A stretch of 38,434 nucleotides of DNA. Source: a virus. Taxonomy: Duplodnaviria; Caudoviricetes. Below, piece after piece: positions 27,065-35,854 of the stretch. Position numbers and translations under genes: made by a program. The stretch lies in IMG/VR virus record IMGVR_UViG_3300022914_000360, positions 1 through 38,434 of that record. One strand, given 5' to 3'. Positions within the stretch are counted from its first letter, which is position 1; every line of letters begins with the position of its first letter. The notes under the pieces were generated by a model. It worked only from the letters and a program-made list of their open reading frames with translations, ran no database searches and was not told where the DNA came from.

Positions 27065-27562
27065 ATGAAAATCGTTATTCAAACTCAATATTGTGAAAAC
27101 TATGCTTGGAACGAGGACGGCTCGTTAGGTACAGGCGCTGATGCGTACTGGAAGTTCAAGGGTGGTGATACATACATTGTTGAGGATGTGACCGCTGAGC
27201 AAGCGCAATCTTCATCTTTCTGGGATGAGCTTGAGACTCTTGTCACTTATTATAACGATGCTTCAAAAGAGTACGTTCTTGACATGACAGTCATCGATGA
27301 TGCTGACTTCAAACTCGAGGACCACATTCAAGAGTGGGAAACTCCTACTTATATCATTCAAGCCGAATATGGATTCATAGCTCAAAAGAGAACTATGAAT
27401 GGTGAGTTCGGTTATATGAGGCCTGAGATTAAGTCTAAATTTGAAACTTGGACTATGCTTCCAAGACAGGAGAGGAAATTCTATTCTTCTTCCTTCACTA
27501 TGGATAATGATCTTATCCTATCTTCCACTGAACTTGAAACTTATTTGAAGGAGGCAGCGTAA
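27065..27562 (+). CDS. Early hypothetical phage protein
   Basis: MKIVIQTQYCENYA...YWKFKGG.TY. Confidence 0.75.
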   Translation: MKIVIQTQYCENYAWNEDGSLGTGADAYWKFKGGDTYIVEDVTAEQAQSSSFWDELETLVTYYNDASKEYVLDMTVIDDADFKLEDHIQEWETPTYIIQAEYGFIAQKRTMNGEFGYMRPEIKSKFETWTMLPRQERKFYSSSFTMDNDLILSSTELETYLKEAA

Positions 27563-27780
27563 TGTCTAGGAATACTATCTACGATACAATTTCAGTACTT
27601 ATTATTATTACCTTAATTGGAGGTCTTGCATTGGCAATGATTTTCAATATCACAGGTATGCCTGATGTTCATATGAGCTATTCAACAGGAGAGTGTGTTA
27701 AAGTAATTAACTACGACGAACGTTTTAATTACACTTGTGAAAATTTACCAGAGAAATATAATCATATCTGGGTGGAGTAA
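27562..27780 (+). CDS. Small membrane-anchored protein
   Basis: N-terminal TM segment, two Cys; TAATG coupling. Confidence 0.65.
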   Translation: MSRNTIYDTISVLIIITLIGGLALAMIFNITGMPDVHMSYSTGECVKVINYDERFNYTCENLPEKYNHIWVE

Positions 27781-27783
27781 ATT

Positions 27784-27993
27784 ATGTTAAATGCAATATT
27801 AGAATTTATTTTTGTATCAGCTGTTATGGTTGGTTCAATGTTCTTTTGCTATATGTCCTTTCATGTAGTTGAAGAACAAAAACAAAAGAAGTGGATTCCT
27901 CTTCCTTGGGAGAAGGGTGGATTCTTAAATAAAACTTATCACAAAGTATTTGATAAGTCTGATGTAAAATATAGAGACGGGGATAATACATGA
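27784..27993 (+). CDS. Small membrane protein
   Basis: RBS GGAG; TM segment; ends DVKYRDGDNT. Confidence 0.65.
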   Translation: MLNAILEFIFVSAVMVGSMFFCYMSFHVVEEQKQKKWIPLPWEKGGFLNKTYHKVFDKSDVKYRDGDNT

Positions 27994-28208
27994 AAAAAGG
28001 CTTGATTGATACAGTAGGTGAAGGATTTAAACATTCTTACGATGTAGTGTCAAATCTTACAGATTGGAAATATGTCGGTAAGATTACTTTAGCCTTTATC
28101 CCAATCGTTGTTTTTACAGCCTGGTATTGGGTGATTAAAGGTCTTTGGCTTGGAACCGATTATATCAACAAGAAAGGCGATAAATTTCTAGAAGGCTTTT
28201 TAAAATGA
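27990..28208 (+). CDS. Small membrane protein
   Basis: ATGA coupling; one TM segment. Confidence 0.6.
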   Translation: MKKGLIDTVGEGFKHSYDVVSNLTDWKYVGKITLAFIPIVVFTAWYWVIKGLWLGTDYINKKGDKFLEGFLK

Positions 28209-28525
28209 TTGAGATTTTGAAAGAAGTCACTGATTGGAATGATATGAAAATCAATAATGGTTTCTATCATGTAAATCAAGCTGGGCATTTAATTGCTCAT
28301 CAAGCTGCAGGTGGTAAACTTAAAGTATTTAAAAATCCACTTAAACAGTTTTCAAAGTCAAGACGTAAGTTTGTAAAGGTTGGAGATTATCAAGAAAAGA
28401 ATAATCTCGGAGGTATTCCTGTTCCAGGAAGTAATGGGAATACTTATTATATTATCGACGGAAAATGTAACTGTAAAGGATTTCAGTTCCGTGGTGATTG
28501 TAAACATGTAAGGAGTGTAGCATGA
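28205..28525 (+). CDS. SWIM-type zinc-finger protein
   Basis: GSNGNTY...CNCKGFQFRGDCKH. Confidence 0.75.
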   Translation: MIEILKEVTDWNDMKINNGFYHVNQAGHLIAHQAAGGKLKVFKNPLKQFSKSRRKFVKVGDYQEKNNLGGIPVPGSNGNTYYIIDGKCNCKGFQFRGDCKHVRSVA

Positions 28526-28833
28526 ATATGTTGAAGAAAGTAATTTTATTTGTCGTGGATAGTTGGAGACTTGTAATGAATGCCAAGTATAATCCTTTGA
28601 GGTTTATTCCGGATCCAAGCTTACAAACCTACTTTATGTTGGTATTGTTTACTATGTGGTCGGTGTACTTTGGATTTGTTGCATCTTACTATATGGGATG
28701 GTTAGGTTATTCTACTGTCACAAGTATCATTGTTCATATTGGTGTTCTATTACCTATTGCATTTACGAATGCAGTATTTTTAGATGCTGAACGTGATGGT
28801 TCTAAATGGTTGAAAGATTGGAGAGAGAAATGA
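28522..28833 (+). CDS. Membrane protein
   Basis: Two TM segments; NPLRFIPD motif. Confidence 0.65.
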   Translation: MNMLKKVILFVVDSWRLVMNAKYNPLRFIPDPSLQTYFMLVLFTMWSVYFGFVASYYMGWLGYSTVTSIIVHIGVLLPIAFTNAVFLDAERDGSKWLKDWREK

Positions 28834-29207
28834 TTGAACAGGCTACAAGAGAAGATGTAATTCGTAAATACTTTAACGCATTCAGTAATAAAGATATTGA
28901 TACCTTAGAGAATATGTTTGATAAGGATGTCACTCTAACTGATTGGGAAATCTCTGCAGAAGGTTTATTGCCTGTCTGTCGAGCAAACGAAGAAATCTTT
29001 AGAAATGTTTTGAGGATTACCGCGATTCCTGAAGAGATACTTATTGACGGAAATAATGTTTGTGCATTGTTAACCATTGAAGTAATCACCGAAGGTACTG
29101 ACCCAACAAATGATTTCGCAGAGAACCATGAGTCACTTAAAGTTGTTGATTTAATAACGCTGACCAACGACCTTAAGATTAAATCAATCGCAGCGTTTAA
29201 GCAATAA
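28830..29207 (+). CDS. SnoaL/NTF2-like protein
   Basis: YFNAFSNKDI..L..MF..DV.L.DW...KIKSI.AF. Confidence 0.75.
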   Translation: MIEQATREDVIRKYFNAFSNKDIDTLENMFDKDVTLTDWEISAEGLLPVCRANEEIFRNVLRITAIPEEILIDGNNVCALLTIEVITEGTDPTNDFAENHESLKVVDLITLTNDLKIKSIAAFKQ

Positions 29208-29209
29208 TT

Positions 29210-29374
29210 ATGGACGAACGAATCTTAAAAGAAATTCAACTCTCTCGTCAATTAGCAAGAGAGATTCAATGGGTTATAGATTCCGGAGGTGTTATGCCTG
29301 TTCAGATAAGAACTCAATATGATAAGCTCAAAGAGTTCTATGACCAGTGCATCGCTGACGGTGATATGTCTTAA
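29210..29374 (+). CDS. Small hypothetical protein (54 aa)
   Basis: MDERILKEIQLSRQLAREIQW... Confidence 0.55.
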   Translation: MDERILKEIQLSRQLAREIQWVIDSGGVMPVQIRTQYDKLKEFYDQCIADGDMS

Positions 29375-29494
29375 TGTAACATTTCTGTAAAATATTACAA
29401 TTATTTCATATTTTTATAATACATTATCAATTCTGGTTATATATACAATTGTAAGCGATTTGTATAATGAATCGTTTATATATAGACAAGGATA

Positions 29495-29752
29495 ATGATG
29501 AACAAAAAAATTATGATAGCAATGATTGCTTGCTTAATCGCAATCCCAGCTTACGCTGACTGGAGGATGGACCGATTTGATTTAAATGAAGACAACCTAA
29601 TCAGTGTAGAAGAGCTAAAAGCAAATGGCTGCACAGTAAAGAAATCTTTATTTAATGCTGCCGATAAAAACAAAGACTCCTTCTTAGATAAAAAAGAAAT
29701 CCGAAAGGCTTCCGAGTATATTATTAGAAGAAATTGTCCAAAAGGAGAATAA
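29495..29752 (+). CDS. Secreted EF-hand-like protein
   Basis: Signal peptide (AYA cleavage); DLNEDNLISVEE and DKNKDSFLDKKE loops; two Cys. Confidence 0.75.
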   Translation: MMNKKIMIAMIACLIAIPAYADWRMDRFDLNEDNLISVEELKANGCTVKKSLFNAADKNKDSFLDKKEIRKASEYIIRRNCPKGE

Positions 29753-29841
29753 TGAAAGAAGAAATACAAGAACGATTTGAACTCTTTGTTCTCGTTAGTA
29801 TTTTTTGCATTTCATTATTAGGAGTCAACCCAAATGTTTAA
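29752..29841 (+). CDS. Micro-ORF, 29 aa, hydrophobic
   Basis: RBS AAGGAG, TAATG coupling; MKEEIQERFELFVLVSIFCISLLGVNPNV. Confidence 0.55.
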   Translation: MKEEIQERFELFVLVSIFCISLLGVNPNV

Positions 29842-29923
29842 ATCTCTAAGAGCATTCTTCAAAAGAGGATGGACACGCACGTTCTTTAAATATTGGGTTC
29901 AACCTTGGCATCCGGGTAGATAA
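29834..29923 (+). CDS. Micro-ORF, 29 aa, amphipathic basic/aromatic
   Basis: RBS AGGAG; MFKSLRAFFKRGWTRTFFKYWVQPWHPGR. Confidence 0.5.
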   Translation: MFKSLRAFFKRGWTRTFFKYWVQPWHPGR

Positions 29924-30048
29924 TGGAATTATTAATTTTAATTCCGTTTGGGTTATGGATGGCATACCTGCATCTCAGACACAACCCAATGTTTGAGATT
30001 AGGCAAGCTTTGGCGCTCGAAGCTCGACGTAAAACAAACTCAAAATAA
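29923..30048 (+). CDS. Micro-ORF, 41 aa
   Basis: TAATG coupling; MELLILIPFGLWMAYLHLRHNPMFEIRQALALEARRKTNSK. Confidence 0.5.
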   Translation: MELLILIPFGLWMAYLHLRHNPMFEIRQALALEARRKTNSK

Positions 30049-30059
30049 GGAACCTAAAA

Positions 30060-30170
30060 ATGAAAACCATGAAACGATGGTTGGATTTGAATGGTGAGGT
30101 TTGTGTCGAGTGTATGTTAGTAACACTTATGATGGGTGTTATGGCATACTGCATAATCAGCATCGTTTAA
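30060..30170 (+). CDS. Micro-ORF, 36 aa, TM
   Basis: RBS TAAGGA; MKTMKRWLDLNGEVCVECMLVTLMMGVMAYCIISIV. Confidence 0.5.
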   Translation: MKTMKRWLDLNGEVCVECMLVTLMMGVMAYCIISIV

Positions 30171-30180
30171 ACAACCAACC

Positions 30181-30204
30181 AAGGGCTACAGAAATGTGGC
30201 CCTT
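30181..30204. terminator. Hairpin between convergent transcription units
   Basis: AAGGGCTACA-GAAA-TGTGGCCCTT. Confidence 0.7.
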
Positions 30205-30877
30205 ACCTTTTATTGCATCGCTTTTCTGCTTTACTAATCAATCTAAAATTATTTGCCACAACAACTCCAGTTGAAACGCCTGCACCTAATTTCCAACCAT
30301 ACCAAAAATTTTCGTCAGCATCAACAATAAATTTTAGTCCACCAATAATACCTAACTTTAAACCAATCATTTCATGTACTTCTGGAACTTCAGGTAATAA
30401 AGGATTCGCTTCAGTTAAACAAGCATACTTCATACCTTTATGAGTTGAATATACATCAAGTATCTGTGTGGTCCAAAAGAATAAATCAATCCATCTTCTT
30501 TCCTTTTCATTCCAATAAAATTCTGGAGAGGACATGTCAATATTTAAATCTATACTATTTGCTGTGAATTGTGGGTTTGGTTTCTTTTCTTTAAACTTTG
30601 GGTGATGCATTAAATCTTTTAGAGGAGGAACAAGTTCTGGTCCGTGTGGTAAAGTAATAATAGCACCGTTTTCCATTATTCGAGCTTTACCTACAACAAC
30701 TCGACGAACATATAAGTCATCATAAGGTACAGTATGACCTGCTTTGAATTTAGCAACTAATGCGGGGTCAACGTAAGTCGGATAGAATTTTTCTTTTGGT
30801 ATATAAGCTTCTACAGGAACCGCTAATAAAAACAATCCTATAAGTAACTTATTTAGTCGTGGCAATAAAGACACCAT
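30203..30877 (-). CDS. Hypothetical exported/membrane protein, last gene of the curli-cyclase operon
   Basis: Signal-like N-terminus; C-terminal D..ST..G....EANPL with hydrophobic helices. Confidence 0.6.
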   Translation of the reverse strand: MVSLLPRLNKLLIGLFLLAVPVEAYIPKEKFYPTYVDPALVAKFKAGHTVPYDDLYVRRVVVGKARIMENGAIITLPHGPELVPPLKDLMHHPKFKEKKPNPQFTANSIDLNIDMSSPEFYWNEKERRWIDLFFWTTQILDVYSTHKGMKYACLTEANPLLPEVPEVHEMIGLKLGIIGGLKFIVDADENFWYGWKLGAGVSTGVVVANNFRLISKAEKRCNKR

Positions 30878-32888
30878 TCCAATCCTTTGGCAGATCTTGC
30901 GTTTTCATATATTCACAACGCTCAATCCACATATCATAATAACCTTTCATTTGTCCTTCAAAGCAATCCATCAGGTCATTACATATTTTAATTGCTTTAT
31001 CAAAGTTTTGCTTTTGATAATTGGAATGCATTGCTTCGTGCATCTCTGCTGGTTTAATATATTTATCCTTATTCAAATCTAATACAGTGTAAATACCTAT
31101 CCCAACTGATTTCCCTTTCACAGCAAGATCATCTACTTTAAGGAAAAAGAATTCTTCAGGATTACATCTTTTAACTGTTTCTTCTCCTACTAATAAAAGG
31201 CAACCATATTCTTTACATTTCGACTCAATTCGTGCAGCTGTTGAAACAGCATCTCCAAGGATGTCATAACTATGTCGACTTGTAGAACCCATCTCACCAA
31301 CATAACCAAGACCGCTATTAATACCAGCCCCCATACCAATCGGAGGTCTTCCTTGCTTAGTAATTTCATTATTGAATTTCTCCACTGCTCGAAGCATATT
31401 GATTCCAGTTTGAACTGCTGTCTTTGCATGGTCATCATCTTGCATTGGAGCGTTATGTATATGCATACTTGCATCTCCAATGTATTTGATAATCATTCCA
31501 TTTGCATCTAATACAGGTTGAGTAATTGCATCCATATATCCATTCATTAAAGTTGTAAGTCCTTTAACGTCATCTCCAAAGCTTTCACCCAAAGGAGTAA
31601 ATCCTCGAAGATCCGAAAAGACAATACTTACATCTTTTTTCATTCCATCCTTGACAAGTGAAGGATTTTGTTGTAAAATAGTCACAACTTCTGGCGAACA
31701 ATAACCAGCAAATTGTTTCATTATTGCGCGCTTTTCTAAAAATGTTAAATAGTATTTGTTGAAACTTGCCTGGGCAAAAACTACTAAGGAAGCAAATGAA
31801 CTTAAGGTCGCATCTAAAAAGATTAAATCATTCCACAGATAACGGCTTATTGCATAAGAGGCGCCAATCAGAATTAAACTCTTTATCACCGCAAGAGTTG
31901 TGGGCAAGATATAGACCGCTCCAAGGATACCTAGACTCAGTAAGACCAGAAGACCGAGCTCGGCTATTGGCTTCCAGTCGGGAATCTGTATTTCAACTCC
32001 TGAAAGGACGGTCTGAATTAGGTGAGCTTGAACTTCGTGGGGATACATTGCACCCGTTGGGGTTGAAACTGGATTAGAAACACCTTCTGCAGTTACACCA
32101 AATATTAATACCTTTCCACTTGGTAGTGGTTCTGTTATAGATTGTGTTTCAAATTGATTCCAAAAAGCAATAGGTAATTCAGCGAAACTATTTGTTGTGA
32201 TAGGATCTTGACGACCCATACGAATCCATTCGACTCCATTGGAGCCTACTTTCATTTGGTAACTTGGTTCACCGGTGTACACTCGTAATGTATCGAGTGC
32301 GAGAGATGGATAGGCATTCCCGGCTGCTTTGACCACGAGTGGTGCTCTACGCACGACTCCGGTTGGTGCGTCAGGAACAGCAACAGTGGCGCCAACACCA
32401 AAAGCCCAAGAAGAAAGAGATTCCACAGGGTACAATAGTCCAGGAAATTCGTATAACCAATTTTCATTTTGTTCTCCAAAGGTGGCAACACCTACAAAGG
32501 TACCGACTCCACCTGATTTTTGTTGTGAGGGAGCGGACGCAAGAACAACCGCCTTTTCAGCCATTGCTTCCGCGAGTAGATGATCTTCTTTGAATCTGTC
32601 TTCTTCAGAGTATATTACATTAAGAACATATAAGCTGTCAGCAGGACCATTCCGTATGTAATCAGCAATAGCACCACGAGGCCACGGATACTGACCTTCG
32701 GCAGCGATTGCTGTTTCATCGATGTTGACGAGGACGATGTCCTCAATTGCTTCAACTTCTTTCTCTTGCTGTAAGGAGTCATAATATGAATACTCTATAC
32801 TCTGAATAAAATCTGGATTTGCTATATGTAGGCAAGCAAATCCTGTGATGGTCAAAAGGACAGTCCACCACTTGGTTAATATTTTCAT
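30849..32888 (-). CDS. CHASE2-domain class III adenylate/guanylate cyclase
   Basis: IVLVNIDE...GQYPWPR (CHASE2), three TM segments, then FSDLRGFT, KYIGDA, GAGINSG, GDAVSTAARIES, VKGK. Confidence 0.92.
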   Translation of the reverse strand: MKILTKWWTVLLTITGFACLHIANPDFIQSIEYSYYDSLQQEKEVEAIEDIVLVNIDETAIAAEGQYPWPRGAIADYIRNGPADSLYVLNVIYSEEDRFKEDHLLAEAMAEKAVVLASAPSQQKSGGVGTFVGVATFGEQNENWLYEFPGLLYPVESLSSWAFGVGATVAVPDAPTGVVRRAPLVVKAAGNAYPSLALDTLRVYTGEPSYQMKVGSNGVEWIRMGRQDPITTNSFAELPIAFWNQFETQSITEPLPSGKVLIFGVTAEGVSNPVSTPTGAMYPHEVQAHLIQTVLSGVEIQIPDWKPIAELGLLVLLSLGILGAVYILPTTLAVIKSLILIGASYAISRYLWNDLIFLDATLSSFASLVVFAQASFNKYYLTFLEKRAIMKQFAGYCSPEVVTILQQNPSLVKDGMKKDVSIVFSDLRGFTPLGESFGDDVKGLTTLMNGYMDAITQPVLDANGMIIKYIGDASMHIHNAPMQDDDHAKTAVQTGINMLRAVEKFNNEITKQGRPPIGMGAGINSGLGYVGEMGSTSRHSYDILGDAVSTAARIESKCKEYGCLLLVGEETVKRCNPEEFFFLKVDDLAVKGKSVGIGIYTVLDLNKDKYIKPAEMHEAMHSNYQKQNFDKAIKICNDLMDCFEGQMKGYYDMWIERCEYMKTQDLPKDWNGVFIATTK

Positions 32889-33200
32889 TTAACTAAACTT
32901 CTTTTGGATATACTTTACTGCTGCATATAATGTTAAACCATATACTGCGAAAATTGTTAATGGTACTGCCATATTTAAAATAGTCCAAATATCTAAGAAC
33001 AATAAATCAGTTGTGAAATCAATGATTGCTTCAGCGTCACCCATTGGTTGGATTGTTCCAGTTTCTTCGACATATTCCATATCGACACCGTATAACATTT
33101 CATCTAAAGTTTCTCTTGGAACACAAACTAATTCAGGCGGACATACATCTTCTCGATATACTGTACCTGCTGGGTTTCCAAAAGCGTCTAATTCTTGCAT
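32889..33200 (-). CDS. Small protein with C-terminal TM segment
   Basis: TAATG coupling to the upstream curlin-like gene; MQELDAFGNP... Confidence 0.6.
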   Translation of the reverse strand: MQELDAFGNPAGTVYREDVCPPELVCVPRETLDEMLYGVDMEYVEETGTIQPMGDAEAIIDFTTDLLFLDIWTILNMAVPLTIFAVYGLTLYAAVKYIQKKFS

Positions 33201-33988
33201 TATTCTTGTAGCACATTCACTGAGCAACCACCAACCGTATAACAATCCACTGATAAATTGTATGTTTGATTGGTTGTGCTATTTTGTCTAATAGTTGCTG
33301 TCGTTCCGTAAATACCATCTAAGGTAATATTTGCCGTGTGTTGTGCATTAGCTCCTTTCTGCCTAAATGTTAAAACGTTATCATCATTGTAAAGTGTAAT
33401 GTTTGCTTCTTTTGCGCCTGAAGATTGTTGTCTTCCATCTATCCAATTATCAGACCCAGCAACATGTAAGTTAAAATCATGTCCGTCAGTTGCATCACTT
33501 TGATTTGTTTGATGCCACTCAACATAGTTATCATTACCATATAAATCTATTTCCATATAATGACCACCACCTTCAGCACCATCATAATTCCAACCTTGTG
33601 TGGTGTTATCAAAAGCAACACCTTGACCTAATTTAATTTCATTACCTGTTCCACTGATTTCGTCAAATACTATTGTGTTATCAAGACCTGCGGTATTATA
33701 TTGAACAACTAATAAATCAAGTGACGATGCATTAATATAAGAATATTGGTCCAACATTTTAATTTCGTTATCAGCACCGTATTGCTGAATCTCTAAATTT
33801 AAATTATCACCAGTTTGTTCTATTGTTATTACATTATCTGCCAAAGCAATAGGCGCAGCAAATAAAATACCCATAAGAAATCCAAAGGCAAAGAATTTAC
33901 CTAAGTCAGCACCAGAAAAAATATTTGGTCCTACTGATTGTTTGAACATTTTCCATGCTCTTTCTTCATGTTCGTTTTTATATTTCAT
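33200..33988 (-). CDS. Curlin-like (CsgA/CsgB-type) secreted beta-repeat protein
   Basis: Signal ending ALA; repeats NVITIEQTGDN, EIQQYGADN, LYGNDN, VAGSDN, RQKG. Confidence 0.7.
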   Translation of the reverse strand: MKYKNEHEERAWKMFKQSVGPNIFSGADLGKFFAFGFLMGILFAAPIALADNVITIEQTGDNLNLEIQQYGADNEIKMLDQYSYINASSLDLLVVQYNTAGLDNTIVFDEISGTGNEIKLGQGVAFDNTTQGWNYDGAEGGGHYMEIDLYGNDNYVEWHQTNQSDATDGHDFNLHVAGSDNWIDGRQQSSGAKEANITLYNDDNVLTFRQKGANAQHTANITLDGIYGTTATIRQNSTTNQTYNLSVDCYTVGGCSVNVLQE

Positions 33989-33996
33989 ATTAATAT

Positions 33997-35166
33997 TTAT
34001 CCACCCTGTCTTATTATTATAATTGAATTTTGTCCTTGGTTGAGGTCAATGATTCCTTCATACCCATCAACCGATGTATCAATCTTTACTGAAGCATCCG
34101 ATGCTAAAGAAATATTAATAACACCATTTACATCTCTATAAAATACAATCCTTCCACTTTGTTCAAAAATGTTATATTGTGAATCTGCATTTAATCCAAA
34201 AGTTGCTCCACGCAATTCTGCTCCTAAGGAAGAACCTGCGATTGCACTGTCGTCAAGTTTAACAGTTGTCTTTACAAGTTCTTCGACCACATCTAATAAA
34301 TCTGTTAAGAAATCAACATCAAGATAATCAATGTCAAGCTCTGAAAATTCTAATGCATCATCTTCAAGATAATCAATATCCAATCCATCAAACTCTAAGA
34401 AATCTATATCAAGTAATCCTTGGTCTTGGTTTGCATCATCTTGTATTTCCTCCTCAATAGCTTCCTTTACTTCAGGAGGTGGTGATACAATAAACATATT
34501 ATCAATCATAGAAGGTGTAATACCTTGCATTGTGATTTGTCTTGTAGGTGGAGTATCGAGACTACTTACCATTGTGGCAGCGTAAGCCTCCTCTAATCTT
34601 ATTGTCCCACCGTTGTTTGTTACGTCAATAATACCTGAAGGATTACCATATTGGTCTGGTAAAAGGATTACAAGTGATCTTCCTAACTCGTCAATGGTTG
34701 TTGTAAAATCTGTTCCACGAACTGATACTGTTGCCGTAGGTGTTGAAATGTCAATGTTATTCTTATTGACCATTCCTAAACGTCCAGAAGCAAACCTAGC
34801 TGTGCCTAATGCCATACGCATTGTCATTTTTGATTTACTTGGATCTGGGTCGTAGTATACTTTGTCTATGTATACCTTTGTGTTTTCTGTTAAACTGAGT
34901 TCTGCTTTATCAAGGAACTGAATAAGCATTCGGCCATTCTCAGTTTCAGCCGTGTCGTTCATTTCAACTTCTGGAACAAATGCACCAGAAACAACAAGCT
35001 CTTCACCTGCTTCTCTAATTAAAGAAGCTGAACCTTTATGTTCAACGATTGCTCCAATAGGATCCGAGCTCGACAATGCCACTCCCGAAGTAAGTAGCAG
35101 TGTCGATCCCAGAATTAAATTAAGAGTCGTTTGAACTGTCTTTCTGATTAATTTGAATTGTCGCAT
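33997..35166 (-). CDS. FecR-domain secreted protein with acidic C-terminal repeats
   Basis: D...T..GR..I.FLD, TPTATVSVRGTDF; LDIDFLE/LDIDYLE/LDIDYLD repeats. Confidence 0.85.
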   Translation of the reverse strand: MRQFKLIRKTVQTTLNLILGSTLLLTSGVALSSSDPIGAIVEHKGSASLIREAGEELVVSGAFVPEVEMNDTAETENGRMLIQFLDKAELSLTENTKVYIDKVYYDPDPSKSKMTMRMALGTARFASGRLGMVNKNNIDISTPTATVSVRGTDFTTTIDELGRSLVILLPDQYGNPSGIIDVTNNGGTIRLEEAYAATMVSSLDTPPTRQITMQGITPSMIDNMFIVSPPPEVKEAIEEEIQDDANQDQGLLDIDFLEFDGLDIDYLEDDALEFSELDIDYLDVDFLTDLLDVVEELVKTTVKLDDSAIAGSSLGAELRGATFGLNADSQYNIFEQSGRIVFYRDVNGVINISLASDASVKIDTSVDGYEGIIDLNQGQNSIIIIRQGG

Positions 35167-35854
35167 TTTCAGAATCTATGTCCAAAGTAATTATTCCATT
35201 ACAAGTAGAAACACCTGTAGGACAAGTACCACTGATTTGGTTAATATCAATATCAGCAGATGAACCAACGTGAGTCAAGTTAATTTCATGCTCAGCACCG
35301 TCCTTCTGTAATGTATTAATATTATTACTTCCACCAGTAATATCCATATTCCATATTGCGTCGTCGACATCAATGTCAACATCAAAAATGTTACTGTCTC
35401 CAATAACTGTTAAGTCAAGATCTAATCTTTCAGCACTTGCGTTATAACCTTGGTCAAAGTCCATAGTATTTGAATCACCAGTAATATCAACATCAATTGT
35501 TGAAGTATCAGATGAACCAATATAACCTACGTTCCAATCCCAAGAGTTAGAATCTCCAGTAAATAAAGCGTTAACAGTTGTACTGTCACCGACATAAGTA
35601 CCAAAGAACAAGTTTTCATTTCCTATTTGGTCAATGTTAAATGTTAACGATGAACCAGTAATAGGCATAGCACTTGAGCTTGAACTGAAATTATCCAATC
35701 CTATTTTGTTGCCATAACCATATTGGTCAATATACAAAGTAAGAGTATCACCATCCTGTTCGATGTTGATTTCATTGTCATCAGTTGCTTGCGCAAACAC
35801 TAAACTATTGAAAGAGAATAAACATAATAAAGATAGGCCTAATATTTTTTTCAT
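35120..35854 (-). CDS. Curlin-like secreted beta-solenoid protein
   Basis: Signal peptide; repeats NEINIEQDGD, IDQYGYGN, IDQIGNEN, TGDSN, IGDSN, TGGSN. Confidence 0.7.
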   Translation of the reverse strand: MKKILGLSLLCLFSFNSLVFAQATDDNEINIEQDGDTLTLYIDQYGYGNKIGLDNFSSSSSAMPITGSSLTFNIDQIGNENLFFGTYVGDSTTVNALFTGDSNSWDWNVGYIGSSDTSTIDVDITGDSNTMDFDQGYNASAERLDLDLTVIGDSNIFDVDIDVDDAIWNMDITGGSNNINTLQKDGAEHEINLTHVGSSADIDINQISGTCPTGVSTCNGIITLDIDSENATIQINQKDSSNDS

